This document shows positions 6,911-16,515 of a DNA stretch of 36,970 nt, piece after piece. Position numbers and translations under genes: made by a program. The number at the start of each line of letters is the position of its first letter. Within the stretch, counting starts at the first letter, position 1. A model generated the notes under the pieces. That model was given only the letters and a program-made list of their open reading frames with translations, did no database searches and had not been told where the DNA came from. Origin of the DNA: Candidatus Woesearchaeota archaeon (GTDB taxonomy: Archaea > Nanobdellota > Nanobdellia > Woesearchaeales > UBA10107); assembly GCA_016935155.1 (NCBI GenBank), contig JAFGRQ010000017.1, positions 1 to 36,970 of the forward strand, read 5' to 3'.

Positions 6911-9900
6911 AAACAAAAGAATTTTTGCCGCTCCTTTTTGTGTTTATTGCTGTAATTAGTGCATTTGCTGTTTCAACAATAACCTCTGTGACAATCAATA
7001 CGACGTATTTCACAAACCAGACAGTAGAAAACATTACTGCTTATTGGGTTGACGGGGATGTTGTCAATATTACGGATTGGAGAGTGAATGGAAATTCGAT
7101 TGCCTATGCGTTCTGGCCGTTTGATGGAAGCACAAACAACACGAGAGCGGCTGACTATAGTACTAGCGGAAGAAATGGAACTGTCATTGAAGGAGGAACG
7201 GTTGTTGTTTGGGATGCTGTTGGAGGATTTGACGGACACGGAGCATTCAATTTCTCGGGAGGCGCAGGATATATAATCCATGATTCAAACATAAAAATAA
7301 ATTATTCTTATGGTGGCGGAACCATGGAGAATATTTCTGTTTTGTTCTGGGTGAAATCTCATCTCAATTCCGGCCAGCTGGGAATTTTTCAGCTTGCAAA
7401 CATGCTTAACAGCGGAAATCCATGCATTTTAATTCAAAAAAACGCAGGAAATCTGAGCTATTATGTTTCTGCAGGCTACAGGAATACAACGACGGATTTG
7501 GTACTGAACGAGTGGACGCATGTAGCAGTCACATTCAGCACCCAATCTCAGACTTGGAAATTTTACAGGAACGGCCAGGTTTTGAATGAATATTCGGGGC
7601 CGGCTACACACTGCGATACGCCGGTAAATGATATTTATTTGGGAAACGGGTTTAACGGATTTTTTAACGGCTCCGTAGATGATTTTAGATTGTACAACAG
7701 GTCACTGAGTGCAGAGCAGATACTCAATATCTACAACAACCGCTCAGATTTTATAAGTCACAACGACACATCAAGGGGAGAAAATTGGACTGTGTGCGTA
7801 ACACCATACAATGGTACGGATGTTGGGACTGAAGTTTGCTCAAATCAAATAACAATCAAAGAAAATATTGCGCCGATTGCAGTGAACGTCACAATCAACA
7901 CGACGAATGCAAGAAACTTTACTTCGGAGGACATCACAGTTTACTGGAGTTCAAGCGATGATGACGATTATGAAGGAGCCGTGGTCAATATCACGGATTG
8001 GAGGATGAACGAAACATCAATCGCTGTTTTGAATATGCCTTTTGAAGCAGACGGAAATCAGAATGCAACAGACTATTCAACATATGGGAGCAACGGAACA
8101 AATCAATGGGAAGTGACTTGGCTTCCTACTTCGGGGCATGATGGAGGAGGGACGTACCTTTTTGATGGAGCAGACTATATTGACCATGCTAGTCCTGTTC
8201 TTCCTATTGGGGATGACCCTTATGCAATAACCGCATGGATAAATACGACTGATGTGTGTGCTTATAGGGGAATTGTTGGATGGGGAGGTTACGGAAATTC
8301 AAATCAGGTAAACGCATTTAGATTTGATTCTGATTCTGTACAGCCCGGAGAAGATTGCCATCTCCTTAACTATTGGTGGGACACAGACCTCAATGTCAAC
8401 ACATCCATCCCAATAAGGGATGGTCAATGGCACTTTGTTATTGCAATGTATGACCAAACGACGCGTTCGATATGGATTGATGGCGTGCAAATGGGCAATG
8501 ACACTCCGGCAGCAGACCACGCAGTGCCCGATACAAGCAACTTCAGGATAGGCTCGACAAACGGCGAAAATTTCAACGGAATGATTGATGATGTGAAAAT
8601 ATTCAACAGGTCGCTTTCACCCGAACAAATAGCTTATTTATATCAACACAGGGTAGATATAATTTCAAGTTCAGAAACGCAAACAGGAGATATCTGGACA
8701 GCATGCGTAACACCGAATGATGGGTTTAATGGAAGGACTGTTTGTTCAAACAATTTAACTGTTGTGGGAGATAATGCTCCTCCTTCATGGAATGAAACAC
8801 CAACAAATCAGGAGTTAGAATATGGAAGCGTGTTCAATTATCAGGTAAATGCAAGCGACTCGCCGCTCAATAACTATTTCATAAACGATACAACAAGCTT
8901 CAATATAACGTCAACGACAGGAATCATTAATAATGTTTCTCTTCTTTCTGCAAAAACTTACTGGCTGAACATTTCAGCAAATGATACTTACAATAATCAA
9001 ATTTCAGCAATAATAAATGTTACTGTAACAGATACCATAAGTCTGCTTTCAATATATCCTAACGCGACGGAGGAGCTGCAAAACATTACAACAGAAACTA
9101 GTTTGAACTTAACAAAGAACTATACGGGAACAACAAATTTCACATTTAATGTCACGGCAGATGACATAGGAACAACAGCATTAACTTTCACATGGTTTGT
9201 AAATCAGGTAGTCGAGTTTGTTGAATCTTTGACTTCGGGATGGACAAGCATGTTCAGTTATTTCTTTTCCGTAGGTAATTACAACGTATCAGTTGTCGTA
9301 AACAATTCTTTTACAGAATTAAACGAAACATTTTCGTGGAATTTGACAGTAAATGATGCAAACCTGAATGTAACTGAACTTGCATGGATAACAACAACGG
9401 GAGTTACTTCAAGCGATTTACATTATAATCAAATAATAAAAAACATAACAACAAAAGTAAATTCCACAGTTTCTGCAACGGTGCTGCTTAATGTCCTGTA
9501 TCCAGACGGGACAAATCTGCTGACGAATGCAGAGATGACGAACGTCGATGGAACGGCATTCTACTATGATTCGCAGTTTATTCTTGACAGAGTCGGAAAT
9601 TGGAATATAACAATAACTGCAAATGAAACATCAGCAACATTTTCCAAGAGCTCATTGCTTGATGTGACGAGATTCACAAATCCAACAACGGCTGATGGAT
9701 ATGAAGGATTCGACTCAGGAAAAATTCCTTCTGCAGCGGAGATAAACAATCTTACTGCGTATGGATTTAACTTAGTTGGACTACAAATCAATTATTCCAG
9801 ATTCGACACGGATTGGGAAGCGCTGAAGGCGGCAATAAATTACACATTTTCTGATGAAGACAGCAGTTCATTCATAAAAATTTATTTTGACAAAGGAAAT

Positions 9901-12900
9901 TATTCAAATTACACGGGAGAATGCAATAAGGTGAACGCAAACATGACTGATTTGAGAAGTTACCCTTATGTCGATGGAACTGCGTTTATTGTTGTAGATT
10001 TGAATTCAACTGGAACAGATAATAAATCTTTATTTGTAAATTCTGTATCGGCGTGCATCGCGTCGGCAGTAAATGACCAGTTCCCGATTTATTCTGCAGT
10101 TTCTAACATCAGTCCGGATACAAATTACGTTTCGAATTGGACCATGCACAAAGTGTCAGGAAATAATTTAGAATATGCAACAAGCAGGGAAAACACAATC
10201 TTAAGGTTATCGACATTATATACCAGAATATATAACGGAACAAGTGATGAGTTCAAGAACTGGGCATCAGACTATTATTCTGGCGTTATTGCTAATCTTA
10301 GGGATAAGCCATCTTCAACTCAGCCAACAGACACAATCATTGCAAGACTCGACAATGGAGATTTGATAATCTTTAATAATCAGTCGGGCACATCGCAGAT
10401 AGTTAACTTATCAATTGCTGCAGGAAACGATGCGTGGGATTATACAAACAAAGAACTATTCGAAAACCTTTCGGCAGCATCAGAGAGTGTAGCAGTAACA
10501 ACGCCGCCATATTCAGCATCTATTTTGTTTTTGAACAATTTCAGCAAATTCATCATGATTGACAATGCAACTTCCACATTATACAAAGAAGGCTCGACGA
10601 TTTTTGCTCATTTCAATTACACCCAAGATACGTCCGGCTCAGGAACATATTCCATAGTAGGAACGCATGACGCTCTCACCGAAGTATGGAACCCGAATTA
10701 CGTCTTAGAAAATTTGGAATTTCATACTTATGAACAGTTGATGTATACAAAAATAACCGACTTTAACCCGTACGAAGTAATTGTAGTATCGATTGCGTCC
10801 GTAAATACTCCAACTGTTGTAAATCAATCTCTAAGAGTTTCTGAATTCCCAGATATTCTCAATAGAACTTACGGATATGTTTCCGTTTCTGACTACGACA
10901 ATTTAAACAGCACCGGACAAAACGAAACAAACTGTTCTCTGACGAACGGATGGGAAGATGATAAGAAATCAGAAATAAACAACGTAATTGCGAACTATTC
11001 AATAAATTTGTTCCTTGACGGGTTCGATATAGGATATACTGTCAGCCCGTCATGTTTTGAGGACAGAATAAAACGATTGGCTGATTACGTGAGATTTGAA
11101 AAGAACAAAAAATCAATTTTCAATACTTACACCATTTACGAAATGGTTTCAAATTACGGAGACAAGGTTATGAGAGAGTCTTGTTTTTCCAGATGGGCAG
11201 GGACTGTTGATTCTCCGACGTATTCTTACGAAAACATGACTTTGATGGTTGAGAATGCCAACTTCCTTTCAACGACAAATAAACCAGTTATTTGCATGGC
11301 GTTTGGGGATGTCAATGATTATGATAAAATGGCATGGGACTTTGCAGCTTTTGCAGTCATATACGGAACAAAAACAGGAGGCGGGGATAACAACACGTTC
11401 AGATATGCTCAGCCTAACTTCCAATTGCAGAGGGAAATAAGAGTTCCTGATTTGGGCAACATGCTGCAGAACACATATGATTCCTCAACAGACCCTTCTG
11501 ACTGGACCAGAAGATACTCAAATGGAATAGTTCATGTAAACCCCTTGAGAAATGAAACGTACAGCAATGGAAAATACTATTGGTTTGACGACGGCAGCAC
11601 AATAAACAATCTGAGTATCACATCACAGCATCAGCAATATCACAGCGGAGTTTGTCATGAAGACTACGATTCAGTTCTTACAATCTTTATTTCGAACAAT
11701 GGTTCATGGGAAGAAACATCACAAACCATAGGAAGCTGCGAGGTTTGTGCAGAAGATCCTAACTGCGGAACGGGAGATACGCAGTGGGTTGCGGGATATG
11801 TAACAAAACAGATAAATTGGACTCCGAACGGGCATTATTGGCTGGCATTCAGTCCAAGCATAGCAACATCAACAGGAATAAATCTGTACAATAAAATAAA
11901 CACCACGAGCGGAATTCATTCGTACTATGGAGATTTTATGGTAGGAAGTCTTGGAGATCCCGAAGATGGCTCGTGGAATGAGTATGGAAGAATAGGCACG
12001 TCTGGAAACATTTTTACAACCAACTGGGACATAAATGTAGAGACTAATCAGACAACAAGCGCGAGTGTGGATACTTCTTTGACGACAATAAGCAGCACAA
12101 TAGTTTACTATAATCTGACGACTCACAATCAGCATAATTTGACAATCACTTCCTCAAAATCATACAATCTTCCAGTGTTGGCAGAATCAATTTTGATAAA
12201 CGAATCGTATATCAGAGGAATTTTCTTCAATGGAACAGAGCTTAATGTATCAGATGATATAAACTGCCTTGAAGCAAATCCTGAATTCAATTATTCGAGT
12301 GTGAATGGATATCAGCACGGGGCATGCAGAGTTAACTCAAGCGATGGTTATTACTACCGGGTTTTGGCTCCTCATTTATCTACAATGGTTTATAGTGTTG
12401 AGATGGAAGGAAAACCAATTATCGAGGGAATATATCCTAATGCGACTGGCGATATGCAAAACATAACTGAAGGGAATCAAATAAATATGACCTCAGAATA
12501 CATTGCGACCAATCACTCTTTCAATGTAACCGCTTCGACATATGACAACCATTCGCTGACATTCACATGGATTGTAAACCAAGTTGTAAAGCTGATTGAA
12601 ACGCTGATTTCAGGGGCGACAAGTATGTTCAGCCAGTTTTTTGATATGGGAAGCTACAACATAAGTGTAACTATAAATGCATCAGATGTTTCGCAAAACA
12701 AAACATTTTCGTGGAACGTAACGGTCAGTGATACTACCGCTCCGGCATGGAATGAAACGCCAACAAATAGAACTGTTGAGTTTGGTGATGCACTTTACGT
12801 CAGGTTTAATGCAAGTGATGTGCTGTTCAGCGACTATTCGATTAACGACACAGAAAATTTCATAATTGATTCGTCGGACGGAACGCTCACAAATTATACT

Positions 12901-14505
12901 GAATTGTCGTTCGGAACATATGTTCTTTCTGTAACGGTCAACGACACCTCAAATAATCAGAATACAACTATGATTTACATATTTGTTCAGGATACTGTTG
13001 CGCCTTACTTCGTTCAGATTCCGCAGAATGCAACCGCAGAATATGGTTATGCATTCGAGATGATGGTTAATGGCACAGACAATACGGCTATTGACAAATA
13101 TCATTTCAATGACAATATTAATTTCACAATGAATTCCACAGGATTTATTCAGAATTACACTCTTCTTTTTAAGGGAGAGTACATACTGAATGTTACAATA
13201 AACGATACTTCAAACAATCAAAATTCAACCATATTTGGTCTGATTGTGAATGACTCGCTAACGCCGGGGCTTGTTTTGCTTGACCCGTACAATGAAGCAG
13301 GAGACAATGACGGAAATGTTTCATTCACTTTCAATGTTTCAGACAAGTCAGAAATAATTAACTGCACATTTAATTTCAGCGGTTCATTCAATCAATCGGA
13401 TAATTTGATTACGAGGGACATTGTGCAGGATTTCATCGTCAACAATCTGGATGTCGGGGAATATAATTGGAGCATTACTTGCACCGATGCTTCAAATCAT
13501 ACTAATGTAAGCGGGACAAGATTCTTCAATGTAGTCAAAACAACAGAATTTTCGGGGGACACAACAAATCTCACTCAGGTCAATCTTTCGAATATTGCAA
13601 ATTTCACTCTTGAGGAAACGACATACGGAAAGATAACTTTCCTTGAAAATGTGAATCTGAGCGGGGCAATTAATGTGGACGATTTTGTAAATGTTTCATA
13701 CAACAGAACGGAGGTAAACTCGAGCGGTCTTCCAACTCTGAACACGTCGGCAAGGGTAACTCTTTATGGTCTTCCTTTTACCAACCCGAGACCTATGAAG
13801 GACGGAGAAGTGTGTTCAGACTGCACTGAAATTTCATATGCAGGAGGCATATTTGTCTTTGAAGTAACTTCCTTCAGCGTTTATTCTGCGGGAGAAACTC
13901 CTGTCACGTCAGGAGGTGGAGGAGGGGGCGGATCTGGAAGTGGTTCATACATAACATTGGTTGAATGCAGAACGGATGCTGAATGCGGAGTTCTCGGATA
14001 CTGTTATGAAAATGAGTGCGTACCGTATGAATGTGTCGCGAACGGCGATTGTATGCCGGGCCAAGTATGTTTGATGAACAAGTGTGTGGATTATGATGTA
14101 AAGTCAGAATCCACAAAACAAGAAGCGGTAGAAGAAGCACCCAAAGCAATAACAGCAAGTGCAACGAAAGAACCCGAGAAAAAGAAAGGGTTCAAAATGC
14201 CCGAGTTCAGACTGCCTAAATTGAGTCTGAGCCCAGCGATGAGAGATGCAATCGCGAAAACAACCACCGTTTTTGTTGCAATAATTTTGATTTTGACGAT
14301 TGTTTTGCAGATTAAAAAATCGCTGTCGATAAGCAGAGAAGGAAAATACTTGGATAAGCTTGTTGTCCAAAACAGAATCGCATACAGACTTGGCAACATG
14401 GAAGAGGCAGCAAAGACTTATGAAAAATTCAAGGAAGAACTCGAAAGGAGCCCGGAAGATGTCAAGCAAAAATTCAAAGATGTTGAACAAACGTTGAACA
14501 AATAA
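6907..14505 (+). CDS. Giant membrane-anchored surface glycoprotein (2 LamG/ConA-like domains, Ig/cadherin/PKD-like repeats, putative TIM-barrel glycoside-hydrolase-like region, Cys-rich repeats, C-terminal TM)
   Basis: Signal peptide; LamG motifs 'WTHVAVT...FNGSVDDFRLYNRSLS' and 'WHFV...FNGMIDDVKIFNRSLS'; repeated 'D..AP.WNETP.N' cadherin-like units; many NxS/T sequons; Gly/Ser linker; 'C..D.EC.....C....C' repeats; TM 'TVFVAIILILTIVL'. Confidence 0.85.
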   Translation: MKTKEFLPLLFVFIAVISAFAVSTITSVTINTTYFTNQTVENITAYWVDGDVVNITDWRVNGNSIAYAFWPFDGSTNNTRAADYSTSGRNGTVIEGGTVVVWDAVGGFDGHGAFNFSGGAGYIIHDSNIKINYSYGGGTMENISVLFWVKSHLNSGQLGIFQLANMLNSGNPCILIQKNAGNLSYYVSAGYRNTTTDLVLNEWTHVAVTFSTQSQTWKFYRNGQVLNEYSGPATHCDTPVNDIYLGNGFNGFFNGSVDDFRLYNRSLSAEQILNIYNNRSDFISHNDTSRGENWTVCVTPYNGTDVGTEVCSNQITIKENIAPIAVNVTINTTNARNFTSEDITVYWSSSDDDDYEGAVVNITDWRMNETSIAVLNMPFEADGNQNATDYSTYGSNGTNQWEVTWLPTSGHDGGGTYLFDGADYIDHASPVLPIGDDPYAITAWINTTDVCAYRGIVGWGGYGNSNQVNAFRFDSDSVQPGEDCHLLNYWWDTDLNVNTSIPIRDGQWHFVIAMYDQTTRSIWIDGVQMGNDTPAADHAVPDTSNFRIGSTNGENFNGMIDDVKIFNRSLSPEQIAYLYQHRVDIISSSETQTGDIWTACVTPNDGFNGRTVCSNNLTVVGDNAPPSWNETPTNQELEYGSVFNYQVNASDSPLNNYFINDTTSFNITSTTGIINNVSLLSAKTYWLNISANDTYNNQISAIINVTVTDTISLLSIYPNATEELQNITTETSLNLTKNYTGTTNFTFNVTADDIGTTALTFTWFVNQVVEFVESLTSGWTSMFSYFFSVGNYNVSVVVNNSFTELNETFSWNLTVNDANLNVTELAWITTTGVTSSDLHYNQIIKNITTKVNSTVSATVLLNVLYPDGTNLLTNAEMTNVDGTAFYYDSQFILDRVGNWNITITANETSATFSKSSLLDVTRFTNPTTADGYEGFDSGKIPSAAEINNLTAYGFNLVGLQINYSRFDTDWEALKAAINYTFSDEDSSSFIKIYFDKGNYSNYTGECNKVNANMTDLRSYPYVDGTAFIVVDLNSTGTDNKSLFVNSVSACIASAVNDQFPIYSAVSNISPDTNYVSNWTMHKVSGNNLEYATSRENTILRLSTLYTRIYNGTSDEFKNWASDYYSGVIANLRDKPSSTQPTDTIIARLDNGDLIIFNNQSGTSQIVNLSIAAGNDAWDYTNKELFENLSAASESVAVTTPPYSASILFLNNFSKFIMIDNATSTLYKEGSTIFAHFNYTQDTSGSGTYSIVGTHDALTEVWNPNYVLENLEFHTYEQLMYTKITDFNPYEVIVVSIASVNTPTVVNQSLRVSEFPDILNRTYGYVSVSDYDNLNSTGQNETNCSLTNGWEDDKKSEINNVIANYSINLFLDGFDIGYTVSPSCFEDRIKRLADYVRFEKNKKSIFNTYTIYEMVSNYGDKVMRESCFSRWAGTVDSPTYSYENMTLMVENANFLSTTNKPVICMAFGDVNDYDKMAWDFAAFAVIYGTKTGGGDNNTFRYAQPNFQLQREIRVPDLGNMLQNTYDSSTDPSDWTRRYSNGIVHVNPLRNETYSNGKYYWFDDGSTINNLSITSQHQQYHSGVCHEDYDSVLTIFISNNGSWEETSQTIGSCEVCAEDPNCGTGDTQWVAGYVTKQINWTPNGHYWLAFSPSIATSTGINLYNKINTTSGIHSYYGDFMVGSLGDPEDGSWNEYGRIGTSGNIFTTNWDINVETNQTTSASVDTSLTTISSTIVYYNLTTHNQHNLTITSSKSYNLPVLAESILINESYIRGIFFNGTELNVSDDINCLEANPEFNYSSVNGYQHGACRVNSSDGYYYRVLAPHLSTMVYSVEMEGKPIIEGIYPNATGDMQNITEGNQINMTSEYIATNHSFNVTASTYDNHSLTFTWIVNQVVKLIETLISGATSMFSQFFDMGSYNISVTINASDVSQNKTFSWNVTVSDTTAPAWNETPTNRTVEFGDALYVRFNASDVLFSDYSINDTENFIIDSSDGTLTNYTELSFGTYVLSVTVNDTSNNQNTTMIYIFVQDTVAPYFVQIPQNATAEYGYAFEMMVNGTDNTAIDKYHFNDNINFTMNSTGFIQNYTLLFKGEYILNVTINDTSNNQNSTIFGLIVNDSLTPGLVLLDPYNEAGDNDGNVSFTFNVSDKSEIINCTFNFSGSFNQSDNLITRDIVQDFIVNNLDVGEYNWSITCTDASNHTNVSGTRFFNVVKTTEFSGDTTNLTQVNLSNIANFTLEETTYGKITFLENVNLSGAINVDDFVNVSYNRTEVNSSGLPTLNTSARVTLYGLPFTNPRPMKDGEVCSDCTEISYAGGIFVFEVTSFSVYSAGETPVTSGGGGGGGSGSGSYITLVECRTDAECGVLGYCYENECVPYECVANGDCMPGQVCLMNKCVDYDVKSESTKQEAVEEAPKAITASATKEPEKKKGFKMPEFRLPKLSLSPAMRDAIAKTTTVFVAIILILTIVLQIKKSLSISREGKYLDKLVVQNRIAYRLGNMEEAAKTYEKFKEELERSPEDVKQKFKDVEQTLNK

Positions 14506-14537
14506 AACCTTTCGTGTTTTTTTGATTCCTTATATAT

Positions 14538-14777
14538 CTACCGTCCAAACACTCTTGCCAGCAAACCTTTTTTAGGAAACAGTATTTCATCTATTTGTCT
14601 GTTTATTTCTTCCCTAGATATTAGCTCGGGTGCATTCATTGAATATTGCATTGGTTTTCCGTTTTTTCTTTCAAAATATGTTCTCAATTCACAAATACTC
14701 ATGCATCTAATTTGATTTATGCTTAACCCTGTTTTTTGTTCAACTGCTTTTTCGTATGTTTGTTTTGCTGTTGTCAT
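14538..14777 (-). CDS. Hypothetical protein (79 aa)
   Basis: The track ORF 14538..14924 reads through the tRNA; the plausible start is ATG 14777 (MTTAKQTYEKAVEQKTG), 6 nt after the tRNA 3' end. Confidence 0.55.
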   Translation of the reverse strand: MTTAKQTYEKAVEQKTGLSINQIRCMSICELRTYFERKNGKPMQYSMNAPELISREEINRQIDEILFPKKGLLARVFGR

Positions 14778-14783
14778 TGTGAG

Positions 14784-14922
14784 CGCCGTGGCCCGGATTT
14801 GAACCGGGATATCCTTGCGGAAACAAGCTCTATGGTACTTTCCTTGGAAAGTGATTCCAGGCTTACGCTCATGGCTTTTTAAAGGCCACAATTTGCGCAG
14901 TACCAGGTTGTGCCACCACGGC
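14784..14922 (-). tRNA. tRNA-Ser(GGA) with two introns: 30 nt at 29/30 (14863-14892) and 25 nt at 37/38 (14830-14854)
   Basis: GCCGTGG-TG-GCACAACCTGGTACTGC-G-CAA[intron1]GC-CT-GGA-A[intron2]A-GCTTG-variable arm TTTCCGCAAGGATAT-CCCGG-TTCAAAT-CCGGG-CCACGGC-G; the 84-nt mature form folds; both introns have BHB-like junctions. Confidence 0.88.
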
Positions 14923-14950
14923 ATACTTTATTTTTCTCAAATTGGGGTTT

Positions 14951-15631
14951 TTATAAACCTAGTGCTTTTTTAAGGGCCTTTTCCTTCTTTTCGTGAGAAA
15001 AACCAACTTTCTGAGAAAATGTTTCTAGTGATTTTCTGTCAGTTATTCTTATTATTGTGACCTTCGAATAATTCTCTTTTTTGGGTTGATAGAAGTAAAT
15101 TTTATTTTCTATTTCCATGGATTTGAGCAGAGAGGATATTTGTTTCATTCCTTCTTCATTAACTGTTTGGATTTTTATTGCTCTTTTCTCAACATGTGCT
15201 TCAGCAGAGAAAAAGCCTCTGATCCATGCTTCTTTGGCTCCCGAAACAAAAAATAAAGATAATGGAGGAGACCATTTCTTTATTCCGAAATTTGCTGTGT
15301 TTTTTAAATCTTGAACGATTGTTTTAGAACAGATTCTTGCATCGATGAAGTTTTTCTCTTGTTTTATCGAAGGATCTTTTCCATAAATAAAATTCATGGC
15401 CTTGGTGTAGTCTTTTAGCATATTTTTGTCATCCGCAAAAAAGTTAATCTGAGAATGAATGTAGCCTTTGTTCATGACTTCACGTACGCTACCGTCTCCT
15501 GCAATAAATCCACAAAGAAGTGCTTTTTGAATAATTGCATTTCTGTTATTCTTTATTCTTTTTCTTTCTTCTTTATGTATTTTCTTCCATCTATTTTGTG
15601 CTACTTTTTTGTTTCTATCTGAAATACTCAC
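14951..15631 (-). CDS. Free-standing LAGLIDADG (DOD/intein-type) homing endonuclease-like protein, paralog of 3338..4036
   Basis: Motifs 'LCGFIAGDGSV' and 'WIRGFFSAEAHV'; 'IQTVNEEG', 'FSQKVGFSHEKK'; N-terminus 'S..NKKVA.NRW.K' shared with the first copy; GTG start at leaderless spacing from ATTAAAAA. Confidence 0.88.
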   Translation of the reverse strand: MSISDRNKKVAQNRWKKIHKEERKRIKNNRNAIIQKALLCGFIAGDGSVREVMNKGYIHSQINFFADDKNMLKDYTKAMNFIYGKDPSIKQEKNFIDARICSKTIVQDLKNTANFGIKKWSPPLSLFFVSGAKEAWIRGFFSAEAHVEKRAIKIQTVNEEGMKQISSLLKSMEIENKIYFYQPKKENYSKVTIIRITDRKSLETFSQKVGFSHEKKEKALKKALGL

Positions 15632-15652
15632 GAGGTTAGAAAAATACCGATG

Positions 15653-15683
15653 TTTTTAATGTTTTTGTGCGGTTGTCTTGTGG
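15653..15683 (-). promoter_or_regulatory. Putative TATA box plus conserved 13-bp motif CCACAAGACAACC upstream of LAGLIDADG gene 2
   Basis: Motif at 15671-15683 and ATTAAAAA at 15653-15660; same offsets from the start codon as in copy 1. Confidence 0.7.
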
Positions 15684-15731
15684 TCAGAGTAAACAGAAAG
15701 CCATAAATATGAGTTGTTTGACTGCATATCC

Positions 15732-16151
15732 ATGAAATACGATTACAACATCCTGGAACATGGAAAATCATTGAGAGATTTAAGTCTAAAAGCAGCAGTA
15801 AACCTGAATCACTATGCAAGAAGAATAGGAGATTTAAACATTCAAAGCACAATCGAACTTGCTGATCTGCTTATGCATTTGGCAGAAAAATCAAAAGAAA
15901 AAAGATTAGACAGATTAACTTCTTCAGCTCTCGAAATGGCCTTGACAAATAATGCTCCTGATGCATCATATGATAAACTGGATCTCTATCAAGAACTAAC
16001 AATTTTTGCGCATGAATTAAGAACGAGAAACATAAATAGACTTTCTTATTTAACTGATGTTTGCTTCGATATAAATAAATGCATGAGAAGGGAAGCAGAT
16101 CCTGTTCTTAATGCAGCAAATAAAATTCTAGAAAACGCAAGAAATAATTAA
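15732..16151 (+). CDS. Hypothetical helical protein
   Basis: ORF 15714..16151; ATG 15732 fits the TATA-like ataaatat at 15703-15710. Confidence 0.6.
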   Translation: MKYDYNILEHGKSLRDLSLKAAVNLNHYARRIGDLNIQSTIELADLLMHLAEKSKEKRLDRLTSSALEMALTNNAPDASYDKLDLYQELTIFAHELRTRNINRLSYLTDVCFDINKCMRREADPVLNAANKILENARNN

Positions 16152-16456
16152 ATCATTTCAATTTCAATATTCAATCCTTCTGGGATTGGAACTCTCATAA
16201 CTAATCTCAAAGAACGCTCATCAACACCCAAATCAATTAATCTCTTGTGGATTCTCATTTCGTATCTTTCCCATGTTGATTTTCCGTTTCCACATGGCGA
16301 TTTACGCGTAGCTATCTTGAGTTTTTTAGTTGGTAAAGGTATAGGGCCCCTCATTGCCACTCCTGTTTTTGTAGAAATGTCTTTGATGTAGTCACAAACT
16401 GTGTTGATCTTTCCAATATCTGTACTTGCTATTTTTATTCTTGCTGTTTGTGCCAT
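16148..16456 (-). CDS. rpsJ: 30S ribosomal protein S10 (uS10)
   Basis: 'GPIPLPTKKL...RKSPCGNG..TWERYEMRIHKRLID', archaeal S10 signature. Confidence 0.98.
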   Translation of the reverse strand: MAQTARIKIASTDIGKINTVCDYIKDISTKTGVAMRGPIPLPTKKLKIATRKSPCGNGKSTWERYEMRIHKRLIDLGVDERSLRLVMRVPIPEGLNIEIEMI

Positions 16457-16515
16457 TTTGCGTGTGGGCCATAAGGAAATTAATCCCTATGATAAAAATA
16501 AAATGAAATAAAGGC

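Noticed and set aside
13909-13947. G-rich low-complexity tract
   Set aside because: It encodes the Gly/Ser linker SGGGGGGGSGSGS with varied codons; not a phase-variable homopolymer.
6907-14505. Diversity-generating retroelement target/template in the Asn-rich giant genes
   Set aside because: No reverse transcriptase in the window; internal repeats are diverged at all base types rather than only at adenines. The AAC/AAT richness reflects N-glycosylation sequons.
14770-14781. Near-copy of the 13-bp motif (gttgtcattgtg) just downstream of tRNA-Ser(GGA)
   Set aside because: It needs a 1-nt insertion, overlaps a start codon, and has only a weak counterpart behind tRNA-Ser(CGA); not enough to call a second element end.
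14778-14924. N-terminal 49 aa of the track ORF 14538..14924
   Set aside because: This is the intron-containing tRNA-Ser(GGA) read in frame; the plausible start is 14777.
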